Source: Mytilus trossulus (lineage: Eukaryota). Taken from it: a stretch of DNA of 64,000 nt. The notes under the pieces are model-generated. The model was not told where the DNA came from. It made no database searches and saw only the letters and a program-made list of their open reading frames with translations. Shown here in pieces: positions 52,201 to 64,000 of this stretch (positions are counted from its first letter, which is position 1; the number at the start of each line of letters is the position of its first letter). Position numbers and translations under genes: made by a program. The DNA is taken from positions 60,884,001 to 60,948,000 of the forward strand of contig NC_086374.1 of the NCBI RefSeq assembly GCF_036588685.1. Direction: 5' to 3'.

Positions 52201-55200
52201 TAAAAGAATTGCTACACAACTCTTTATAACAATATCAAAAGATAACATTTTTATTTACCTTTAAAAACAAAAGGGCATGGACGTTTTTACCTAGGAATAT
52301 TAATGACACGGACATGACTTCCTAGGAAAATTAGTCTGTGGACATACATTTTATAAAAAATATAAATACAAAACTCATAAGTTTCCATTGTTTTAACGTA
52401 AATGATTTCATTCATTAATATTTTTCCTATAAAGAGGACATGGACGTGTTTACCTAGGAATATTAATGACATGGACTAGAATACCTAGGAAAATTAGTCA
52501 GAGGACATAAATTACTTACATCGGACAAAAAAATACAAGTAAATTTTGTAACCATGGACTTTTTCTACTAGTTATATGTGTCCGCCCAGACATATTTTAC
52601 CAGGACAAATTTATCTCTTACAAAGGTACTGATTTCAACACGGGATCTTGGCTCACACCGAACAACAAGCTATAAAGGGCCCCTAGATATTAAGTGTAAC
52701 ACCATTTAAACGGAAAAACCAACGGTATAATCTATAAAAAAAACCGAGAAACGAGAAACATATATAAATTACATACTACTGTACTGAAAACTAATGTACA
52801 TCAGATTCCTGATTTAGGACAAATGCAAACATTTGCAGCGGGATTAAACATTTTAATGGTACCAAACCTTCTCCCTTTTACTGAGACAATTATAGTATAA
52901 CATCACAACATAGAAAAACACACGATAAAATATCAATTGAAAGGCTTAACTCAATTCAAAAACGTAAATTAACACTCTATGAACGATTTAATTTGAGATG
53001 TTTGCTTGATGTATACACAACATTCCCTGTTACTATGCAGTTTCTCGTTTCACTAGATACTATCAGGGACAACAATCTATAAAATCTTAAATTACGTTTC
53101 AGTACCTACATTTGTTAAACTTACTTTCGTGAAATTTTCACGCCTTTCTCAAAAAATGAAAAGAAAAATAAACAAGCAAAAACTCAAACAAAAACAACAA
53201 CAAAAAACACTAAAAGAACCTGAAAAAAAACCAACAACAATAAAACAAAAAACTTCACTACTGTATTCATGCAATAATGTAACTGCCAAAAGTATAATCA
53301 TTTCTTATCAAAAAGATGTTTTCAATGAAAGTTAAGTAATGTTCATATATATTTTGTAGCTGAAGGAAGAATTGGTTGTGTTGCCACTATAGATGATGGC
53401 TCAGGCACTCTATACACATCGCTGTATAATTATGATGCCAGTGTAAATGGGTTAACTACTTTTAGATTTACATGCGCTGTACGTAAGATCATAGATTAAA
53501 CACGACACGTTTCAATTTAATGTACATTTCCTGAAATAAAAATAAATGTGCAAAATTCAAAAATAAAGAAATAGAAAGAAATCTTCTGCATGACCAAAGA
53601 ACTGTAATGTGTATGCATAAATGAATAGGAACTGATTTCTCTTTCAGTAACACTTGTCAAATTGAGACCACCTTCGGTTTATTTTGTGGAGTATTTAATT
53701 TTATATGTAGAATTTTATGGACTATTTATGGTAGTTTTTTCGTCGTTTTAGAAAAGGATAGAAAGATGTAACATGTACTGAAATAATAAATTAATTTGAA
53801 AGATATTTGCTATTGTCAATTACCTCCAGCACATCTAAATATTAATGTAAGTAATATTTTTCTACTGAAGGCTGTTCAGGGTGTGACGTCAGGAGATGTA
53901 CAAGTTAGTTATGCGAAGAAACGATGTGATGCCGATCAGCCTTACAGCTCTAGACCTCCTGATGGTGCTCTACTGACACTCACGCCTAACGGTAAGGTCA
54001 GCAACTCTTATCCGATATGAAAATCACAGAAGTTGTTAATTGAGAGGTCTAGATCGCTAGAATTCTGTATGAAAAAAGAAGACTTGGTACGATTTCGAAT
54101 CAGACAACTCTCCACCAAATGACATAGAAGTAAACAATTAAAGGTCATCGTACGGCCTTCAACAATGATTTGACCCCATACCGCAATAAAGGTATGGGTC
54201 TGACAAAAGTATAACAATTTAAACGAGAAAACTAACGACGTGATTTATGTACAAAACAATGTACGATAACAATTTTTTTTAAATGAAACAACAAACGACA
54301 ACCACAGTCTCTATCATAATAACTTGTGACATGCACATCTAGAATTACACTAGGTTACTGTCTCTAAATCCTCAATATAACTGGGACAGTGGTGTGAATG
54401 TTCATAAGTACATAATAGCAATACTTAGTTTGTTGGTGCATAGTAATATCCGAAATACAAGTAAACATGCTCCTGTGAAGTTGACTTAAAGACACAAGGA
54501 ACCGCAGTGCATTGTGGACTACTTCGCGTTAATAAAGCCTACGTAGGATTACATAATAGCACATAGAATATGGTTCAAAAGAGTCATTTTGTGTTGAGTA
54601 TATGTCGGAAACTCATCTACGTAATATAAAACATAAAATATATTTATCAAATTCTTCAACTGATATGCGCAGATTTAAAGTACATTTTTCCTCAGTTTCC
54701 ACATTTGAGTTTGTTTTTGTCATGTCAAAGTAGTATTAAAAGAGCAGATTTTATTATATGAGATAGACCGGTGCATTAATATCAAGTGAAATGAAAACGC
54801 ATTGACCATTCCAGTAAAACTCATTTGAACCCTTAAAACCTAGTAAACATATTTTAATGTATAGAATTATTTATTTGATACTGAATGATCTATAAATGTT
54901 CGTATCATGTAAAGATACGTCTTTTCAAAATCGGTGCTCTTTCAAGAAACACGGAGAAGAATACGGCATCGAAATCTTCATTGATATCAAATATTACAGC
55001 CAGCGTTTTGTATGAAAATGACATATGGTTTATCTGCGATGAGTAATTGACTTTTTGGTTATATCTGTTTTAAAATGATTACATTTGAATTAGTATTCAT
55101 TATTCTGAATAATTCGTAGGGCTTTTTTTTTCAAATTTTGAGAATGGATTTACGCTTAAACAATGATAGAGCAATGTTCAGGGCGTGTGATAACACAATA

Positions 55201-58200
55201 ATTTCTATAAAGGGCAGACAACATTTAAGCTTTACTTTTTTAGGGCATAATTCCACCTTGCCTAACGGCTCTGGAAATTTGTACCTCTCAACCGGCAAAT
55301 ACCCCTTGTAAGCATGATATATTTGTATAAAATCTTTTTGTGGACTTTCATTAACCTTTGGAATAACAGATGTAGGTTTCAAAATATAAAATCTATGTTG
55401 TGTCAAAATGAAAAAAAAATTTGTTAATTTAAAAATGGAAGTTGTTTTGTGATTTCCAATTAAAAACTCCCCAACAGAGATAAACTGACGTACACGTAAA
55501 TAAACAAGTCACTGCATGGCCTTCAATAATTAGCAAAATCTATACCACACAGAGAGTTATAGAAGGTCCCGAAATGTTAAATGAAACGCAATTCAAATCA
55601 GAAAACTAATGGCCTGATTTATGATGATAAACAGCAACAAAAACAACCAGTGAATTGTCGACTGATTAATTTATAACTTTTTATTTCAAAAGAGGTTCAC
55701 ATTTGAATTAAATTTTGATAAATTACGATTAAACATCTATAAAAACAGACGAAAGTGAAACACAAGTTTGGCTTTTCCTTATCTTCATATATTTGGCTTC
55801 CTTTCATTTTTAGCTTTGCCAGCAATCAATGATTTAAAAAACATTTTTTTTTCAACTTTGGCCTCACGAAGATATAGAAACGCCAGCAGGTCAGACACAA
55901 ATAAACATGTATTTGACATTTGTATACATAAAAAATGACCTGAATAATGTCACATATCAATCATTACTTAACACTTCAAACAATTATATATCTCTGTATG
56001 GATATGTTAAAATGGAGATACTTATTATAAGGAGGTGAAAACTTGACGCAACAAATGAACAAAACAAAACAAAACAAAAGATCGTTGTGACTTAGAGTTC
56101 TTTTAACGACACCCAAAAATGTTAATACTATATCTATGATAGAAAAATTTCTGTTACAGGTACTTGTGGTGAGTAAATTAAAAAAAAAAATCTTACTACC
56201 TTTTTATGTTAAGAAAACTGTTACTTTTTTGTAATTTATCAGAAATGGTTGTTTCTATTATTCCATATTATCAACATTACTACAGCGTAAAAATATTACT
56301 AACAAATATGCTAACAGTCAGTTTCAAAATCTAAAAAAGTGAAGATCTGCTTTTTAAAAAAACAATATTTAAGCCAAGTTGTGAAGCAACAAAGCCGACA
56401 TAAGATATGTTAAATGCAGTTCGACCGAACAATAGTACATATAACATAGTAACAAACCCGACATAAGATATGTTAAATGCAGTTCGACCGAACAATAGTA
56501 CATATACATAGTAACAAATCCGACATAAGATATGTTAAATGCAGTTCGACCGAACAATAGTACATATACATAGTAACAAATCCGACATAAGATATGTTAA
56601 ATGCAGTTCGACCAAACAATAGTACATATTACATAGATATGTTAAATGTAGTTCGACCGAACACTAGTACATATTACATAGATATGTTAAATGTAGTTCG
56701 ACCGAACAATAGTACATATTAAATAGATATGTTAAATGCAGTTCGACCGAACAATAGTACATTTACATAGTAACAAACCCGACATAAGATATGTTAAATG
56801 CAGTTCGACCAAACAATAGTACATATACATAGTAACAAATCCGACATTAGATATGTTAAATGCAGTTCGACCAAACAATAGTACATATAACATAGATATG
56901 TTAAATGCAGTTCGACCGAACAATAGTACATAAACATAGTAACAAACCCGACATAAGATATGTTAAATGCAGTTCGACCAAACAATAGTACATATTACAT
57001 AGATATGTTAAACGTAGTTCGACCGAACAATATTACATATTACATAGATATGTTAAATGCAGTTCGACCGAACAATAGTACATATTACATAGATATGTTA
57101 AATGTAGTTCGACCGAACAATAGTACATATTACATAGATATGTTAAATGCAGTTCGACCGAACAATGGTACATATTACATAGATATGTTAAATGCAGTTC
57201 GACCGAACAATAGTACATATTACATAGATATGTTAAATGTAGTTCGACCGAACAATAGTACATATTACATAGATATGTTAAATGTAGTTCGACTGAACAA
57301 TAGTACATATTACATAGATATGTTAAATGCAGTTCGACCGAACAATAGTACATATTACATAGTAACAAACCCGACATAAGATATGTTAAATGCAGTTCGA
57401 CCGAACAATAGTACATATACATAGTAACAAACCCGATATAAGATATGTTAAATGCAGTTCGACCAAACAATAGTACATATTACATAGATATGTTAAATGT
57501 AGTTCGACCGAACAATAGTACATATTACATAGATATGTTAAATGCAGTTCGACCGAACAATAGTACATATTACATAGATATGTTAAATGCAGTTCGACCG
57601 AACAATAGTACATATTACAAAGATATGTTAAATGTAGTTCGACCGAACAATAGTACATATTACATAGATATGTTAAATGCAGTTCGACCGAACAATAGTA
57701 CATATTACATAGATATGTTAAATGCAGTTCGACCAAACAATAGTACATATTACATAGATATGTTAAATGCAGTTATACCGAACAATTATCTTACATATTA
57801 CATAGATATGTTAAATGCAGTTCGACCGAACAATAGTACATATTACATAGATATGTTAAATATAGTTCGACCGAACAATAGTACATATTACATAGATATG
57901 TTAAATGCAGTTCGACCGAACAATAGTACATATTACATAGATATGTTAAATGCAGTTCGACCGAACAATAGTACATATTACATAGATATGTTAAATGCAG
58001 TTCGACCGAACACTAGTACATATTACATAGATATGTTAAATGCAGTTCGACCGAACAATAGTACATATTACATAGATATGTTAAATGTAGTTCGACCGAA
58101 CAATAGTACATATTACATCGATATGTTAGTTGCAGTTCAACCGAACAATAGTACATATTTCATAGATTTGTTAAATGCAGTTATACCGAACAATTATCTT

Positions 58201-61200
58201 ACATATTACATAGATATGTTAAATGCAGTTATACCGAACAATTAGCTTACATATTACATAGATATGTTAAATGCAGTTCGACCGAACAATAGTACATATT
58301 ACATAGATATGTTAAATATAGTTCGACCGAACAATAGTACATATTACATAGATATGTTAAATGCAGTTCGACCGAACAATAGTACATATTACATAGATAT
58401 GTTAAATGCAGTTCGACCGAACAATAGTACATATTACATAGATATGTTAAATGCAGTTCGACCGAACACTAGTACATATTACATAGATATGTTAAATGCA
58501 GTTCAACCTAACAATAGTACATATTTCATAGATTTGTTAAATGCAGTTCGACCGAACAATAGTACATAGTACATAGATATGTTAGTTGCAGTTCAACCGA
58601 AAAATAGTTCATATTTCATAGATTTGTTAAATGCAGTTCGACCGAACAATAGTACATAGTACATAGATATGTTAAATGCAGTTCGACCGAACAATAGTAC
58701 ATATTACATAGATATGTTTAATGCAGTTCGACCGAACAATAGTACATATTACATAGATATGTTAAATGCAGTTCGACCGAACAATAGTACATATTACATA
58801 GATATGTTAAATGCAGTTCGACCGAACAATAGTACATATTACATAGATATGTTAAATGCAGTTCGACCAATCAATAGTACATATTACATAGATATTTTAC
58901 ATTGTGTCATCTTTTAAAAAGGCGTATAATAGATAATGTCTCTTGAAAATAAAAAGACCACATTATCTATTTGAATACACACTCTCCCTTGACACTATTT
59001 GCGAGTATGGTCTTGAGGAAACGACGATCGTCCGTCGGAAGGGGACGATAAATGGCTGACCCGTATTCAGAGAAAGTCATATCGCTTGCACATTAAAGAA
59101 ACCCTTGTAGATTTCGAAAAAGAGCACGCTAATGCCGCTACAAAGCAGCACTCGCACCGCAAAGTGGAAAGGGATTAATATAAGTTTCAATACTTTGTTT
59201 CCCAATCCACAATGTTTTGCAATTATCTTCCTCTACTTTTTTATGAACTCTTTATCACTAATTTTGTACCATTAAAAGCTTTCTTTACAAAAAAAATATT
59301 AATAAAATTGAGAAAGGAAATGGTGAATGTGTCAAAGCGACAACAACCCGACCATAGAGCTGACAACAACAAAAATATTAAGACTATTTTTTTTTTAATT
59401 TAGAAACAACAACAACGACAGAGGAAGCAACAACAACTGAGGAAATAACAACTGAAAATGACGAAACAACAACGGAGACATCTACAACAACAACAGAATC
59501 ACCAATACCCATTCTAACAACCGATAGTGTTAATGTTGGTGCAATTATTGGAGGAGTACTAGGAGCCATATTATTTATAATTCTTTTGTTGTTACTGGTT
59601 CTGTACTGCATTCATAGACATAAGGTTGTTGCTAAGCAACGGGCCATCATCGACCGAAGACTTAAGTTGTTCAAGATAAAACAAGCTCAAGGATTAGGTG
59701 AGTTACACAGCATATGTTCGAAAATGTATAGTTATGTTTACTGGTCTTGATTTAGGACAGGCACATACAGAATGTGGCTAAACAACATGTTGTTCATGTC
59801 TGACATCCATAACCTTCTCTAAATGCATAGACAAATGCATGAAATATGTTTTCAATAAAATTCAAATAATTAATCAGACATAATCATTTCATATACTTAC
59901 GACCTTTGCTTCTTTTAGCTTAGTCTGTTTGGAAATTTGGATATTCATTTCATACTATTATGTTGTATATAAGTAATGTTATATGATTGTTTGATATTGG
60001 TGCACCAACGGTATTAGCTTATATTATACTTCATCTACGTTGCTTTTTCATATTTATATTGATCTTTTTCGCCAGTTTGTCTGCAGTGTCAAAATGTATA
60101 GGTGTTTATCATATTGTGTGTTAGCATTAATTTTTAGTGTTTTCTTCAACAATAGTGTCATTGCCTATGTCATTTGCAACATTTAAAAAAAGTGTTAAAA
60201 GTTTTCACAACCATGTTAAGTGCTTTTAAGATTTTTTCATCTTCCACTTGTATAATAATCTGTTGGATGTAATTATGCTTTTAGAGAAAACTGGTTTAAA
60301 TGACTATAAAAGTCTTTTAAGTAATCTTTCTAGAAAGTATTTATTTACGACTTTGTAATTTTGTTACCAAATTTCTTTGTTTTTAATATTATTTCCAGGT
60401 TTTGTTAGTCTGAGTTTTATTCCAATTTATATCTCAATATATGTGGTATAGAGCTTTTCTCTATTCTTTTTTCATTTATGATAGCGAGTTTTGTTTTCTG
60501 TACTTCATGGGTGCATGTAAATCTATCTCATCAGAGACCTGAGTTTCCAAATCATCATATACCGAGTTTAAATCATCTAAACATTTATTTGCATCATGTT
60601 AAAAAATATAATATTATTATCAATATCATTAATCACATTCAGTGCTTGTTGTTTTTTTCTGTTTCGTATCGATCTAATGAGTAAAGCCTTTTCAATTCAA
60701 CTGATTTTTATACTTGTTTTAATGTTATAATGTTAAACCACTGTCCCAAGTTTAAAAGAGGGACGAAAGATACCAAAGGGACAGTCGTACTCATAAATCT
60801 AAAACAAACTGAAAACGCCATGGCTAAAAATGAAAAAGAAAAACAGAAAAACAATAGTACACATGACACAACATAGAAAACTAAAGAATAAACAACACGA
60901 ACCCCATGATTAAAGTTGGAGGTGGCCTTCGAAGATATTTAACCCTGATACAGTATGGTGTGCCTGTCTCAAGTCAAGAGCCTGTATTCAAGTAGTTGCA
61001 TGTCGTTGTGTCATGTCTGTCACATATGTTAGTCTTATAATGATTTATTGAAGGATTTATTGCTAGTGTTTAATGTAACTTTTGTCGTGACGGTCAATTT
61101 GAATTGTTGCAGGAAGCCTGAGTGTTTGGAGAGAATCTCCGACCTGGGGTAGGATAACTGATAATTCTTGTCAATTACTACCTGAGTGGTTCAACTCACA

Positions 61201-64000
61201 ACCTCAGTGTCGACAGACTAGTAATACAGAATTAAACTATAGCCACATACACCACTCGGTCACCGAGTCCTTGCGTATGCACATTCGATAAATAATAATC
61301 ACAGAACACTGTCATGTACACCTATCTTAACAACTTCTGTCGTCTTATTTATTGATTTTTCTTCAAACATTTTTGTCAATAATGGGATATATTACGTCTT
61401 CTCTGTGGTTTATGAAAGAATTAAAATATTTTTGAATATTTCAGACGATGATGACAGGATTCTTAATGAACCATCGTTAGACCCTGATTTTCCACATTAC
61501 TGGGAAGCACCTAAGCAAGAACTTATACCACCCGTTGAAAAGAAAAGTATTACAAAGGGTAGGATAATTTGCTGTAGCTTATATGTTTTTAAAGAATTTT
61601 AATTGTTTGATTTTAAACGCCAATGAATCAAAATTATTGTGTTATATTCAATAAATGTTTAATTCATTAAATGTTATTGACTTTAAATAACATCAAGCTG
61701 AAATACAAGGGTGTTGTTTGGTTTATGGAAATTCGGTCCGTTGGTATGCCTCCACAATAAGTTCCACACGAGAAACGTTAACTGACCTAGAAGGCCTAGT
61801 ACGTGTCTATTGAGAGTAAGTTGGAAAACAAAATGCTCTATCTGTTAATTGTTTTTAAAGTCAACATGTTGTTGTTGTTGCTAATAATAATAATAGTATC
61901 TGACAAAATGGTTCTACATTACAAAGGAAACAAGTCTATCTTTGCTCTATTCCTGAAGTTTCACATTTTGACCCAGCCATTTCGTCTTTCATCGTTTTCC
62001 TTAAATTAATTGCTGTACTTTCGGTAGCTAGACGGTGCTGTTTGACATTTAAGACTAAGACATATGGCTTAGAATTGAACGGTAGCACTGTTCATACGCA
62101 AAAATACAGTTTATCAAACCCAACCACATGTTGCGCATGTGCTATGTGACGATATATGTACTCATGCTTTGTTCGATGTTGCTTGTATATTTTGGACGTC
62201 TTTTTTCTTGTATGGAACGATTAACCGTGGCTTGTGTAGTCGACCACTTTTAGTAGTTCACGATATTTTGTTTTCTAAGTTAGTGTTTTGTAATAACATA
62301 TAACCAAAACTGCCATTGTAACTGAAATACTGACGAAATTATATCCTAAAACTCATTGACATAATTGAAATATTGTAATAATACGATTACTTATAGTATC
62401 TAAATATTAGTGATACACAGTCCACACAAGGGAAATTGACTTAGAAATGCATAAATTATTAGAACTGAACTCTTCCTGAATATTAAGTTAAGTAATATTT
62501 ATAATGAACTCTGTTTCAATGTAGGTCATGTAAATTTTAGTGGAATTGTATTACTGTACTGAACGAAATAATGATTTTCAGATATGATGTCACAAACAGA
62601 ACTTCAGAAAGAACGAAAGAAAATCATTCCTCAATTACCCGAACCTCAAACACCGACGCCAAAATATCTCCCGTGGCCGTGGCGAACAGCTAAGAGAGCT
62701 TCAAATAAATCTGCTTTTCAGTCACAAACAGATTTGCGAAAATTTGGACCAATTCCGGAAACTACCAAAGAATGTGTAGATTTGGCTGATTATACAGTTT
62801 CCAAGTACGGGCTTAGATATGATGATACTGGTGTTGATGGTGTAAATGACAAAATATCTAGACCACCAACAAGATTCATGCCAATATCTAACTCTGAGAG
62901 AAATATGTCTCGATCGAGAACAACTATATTATCTAGGTCAGGCTCTGTTGCATCACTGCACAGATCACAATCATTGTTTGACTTGCAAACTCCAACGCCA
63001 AGGAGAATACAGTTGTCAAGAGCATCATCACTGAAATCCCTAGTTACAGAACGAACACAAACACATGTGCTTATGTCGATAAAGGAAAAGAAAGTTAACT
63101 ATAAGAAAGAAATACCATCGATTATAAAGAAAAACGACACATCTGTCAGACCTGTGCCTCACTACATGTTCCCAATACGATCCAATTCATTGACTAAATT
63201 TGAAAAGGCACAATTCCAAAATCCACTTGCACAACCATTACGTCGGTCATATACTCTGTTGAGACCAATGCCTAATAGAAACCACAAAGTTGAGAACATT
63301 GAAGTTCGGAAAAAAACAAAGAAGAAGAAAATGAATAAGAAAAAGAAGAGTCCATACACAATTATTCCAACTCCTGTGCGACAAATAACACTCATTCCGC
63401 TTACTCGAAAAAACGTCACGAACAACAAAGTGAGACCATTGAAATCAAAGCCGAAAAGCAGACCACCAAAAACCACTGAAACAAATTTTGTAGTAGAAAG
63501 TCCGTCTACTAAATCACCAAAGACTACTGAAAGTATATTTACTCAAAGTCCAGGTAAAATATTTTAAATGATTTTGTCTCATTTCAAGGAAAAAATAAGC
63601 ATAATTATATAAACAATAACTAATTTCAATAGGATTATTTTAATCAATTTATTTGTTAACAGGAACGACCGCTCACAAACTAAGTGAAATTTTTAAAAGC
63701 TTTTCTCTTAATTTTGTTTCTGAGCCTTTGTTTCAAGACTAAGCTAAGTTTACATTATTTTTTTAAAAAACAGTGTTTTGTATCTGAACATTGTTTGTTG
63801 CTATTTCTGCGTCATGTCCCCTTAAATTTTTAGGTTTTTGTACTTCATAGTCAATTAAAAAAAAGAGAGAATATGGTTGAATATTATTATTCTCGCTATA
63901 ACAACAAACCAGTAAAAAAAAATCTTGCTGTTCTTTATCTATTACTTGTTTTATTTGCGGTCATTGTATTTCAGATACTATTATTTCAACTGTCAACACA
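46233..64000 (+). CDS. Gene C: third paralogue, closest to gene B; 3' end probably beyond the window
   Basis: Exons 46233-46287, 47686-47863, 48285-48385, 49454-49582, 51020-51196, 53360-53478, 53871-53991, 56160-56168, 59404-59697, 61445-61558, 62582-63553, and a possible next exon from 63975. Same phases as B. TM VGAIIGGVLGAILFIILLLLLVLYCI. Read-through of exon 11 stops at 63567. Confidence 0.87.
48439..48862. mobile_element. PIF/Harbinger-type MITE
   Basis: Perfect 16-bp TIR AGCCCCAGTCACACTG / CAGTGTGACTGGGGCT, 3-bp TSD TTA (48436-48438 and 48863-48865), interior rich in CTACGTTT motifs. Confidence 0.88.
51344..52622. mobile_element. Ginger-like non-autonomous element (TGT...ACA, 4-bp TSD) nested in another dispersed repeat
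   Basis: Imperfect TIR TGTAACAGTAAATTTG / CAAATTTATCTCTTACA. TSD AAGG (51340-51343 and 52623-52626). Internal ~150-180-bp repeats with CCTAGGAAAATTAGTCTG. The host repeat (~51261-52960) resembles 54080-54300 and 55450-55650. Confidence 0.75.
56160..56168 (+). CDS. 9-nt microexon of gene C (G-T-C)
   Basis: CTGTTACAG|GTACTTGTG|GTGAGT. Confidence 0.87.
56385..58895. repeat. Intronic minisatellite, ~50 units of 45 bp with 61-62-bp variants
   Basis: Unit GATATGTTAAATGCAGTTCGACCGAACAATAGTACATATTACATA. The long variant adds GTAACAAACCCGACATAA. Confidence 0.97.
58982..59210 (+). mobile_element. Headless copy of the tRNA-SINE
   Basis: Similar to the reverse complement of ~360-587. Confidence 0.78.
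61050..61270 (-). mobile_element. Decayed second SINE family (tRNA-like head, Meta/V-like core)
   Basis: The minus strand starts GGACTCGGTGACCGAGTGGT (A-box-like) and contains GTTGTGAGTTGAACC (B-box-like). The plus strand shows GGAAGCCTGAGTG...GGAGAGAATCTCCGACCT. Confidence 0.5.

Noticed and set aside
56385-58917. CRISPR-like array or repeat protein (MLNAVRPNNSTYYID)n
   Set aside because: There are no unique spacers and no cas genes, and the context is a eukaryotic intron. The ORFs arise because the 45-bp unit is a multiple of 3 and lacks stops in some frames on both strands.

Overview
AT-rich, intron-rich animal genomic DNA. The repeat families look bivalve/mussel (Mytilus)-like; this is an inference. 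I reconstructed the spliced genes by hand from GT-AG sites and reading-frame continuity, because most exons are missing from the ORF track. (1) The first coding exon of DHX9/RNA helicase A (minus, 2135-2245) starts a gene that runs off the left edge. (2) Three paralogous, uncharacterised type-I membrane protein genes form a cluster: A (minus, 18476-28669, 10 exons, 619 aa), B (plus, 29948-42769, 13 exons, ~949 aa) and C (plus, 46233 to beyond 64000). All three have a signal peptide, a Cys-rich ectodomain, identical intron phases, a 9-nt microexon carrying the last ectodomain Cys, one TM helix and a long low-complexity cytoplasmic tail. (3) A ~6.4-kb tandem duplication copies gene A's last intron and terminal exon together with a decayed Penelope-like retroelement whose 362-bp tandem repeats carry minimal type-I hammerhead ribozymes. 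Three solo hammerheads lie in introns. (4) There are many non-autonomous elements (tRNA-SINEs, a Helentron-type element, MITEs, a 1.4-kb foldback element whose empty site is visible in the duplicate, a Ginger-like nested insertion) and a 2.5-kb 45/62-bp minisatellite. No CRISPR array, rRNA or true tRNA gene was found.
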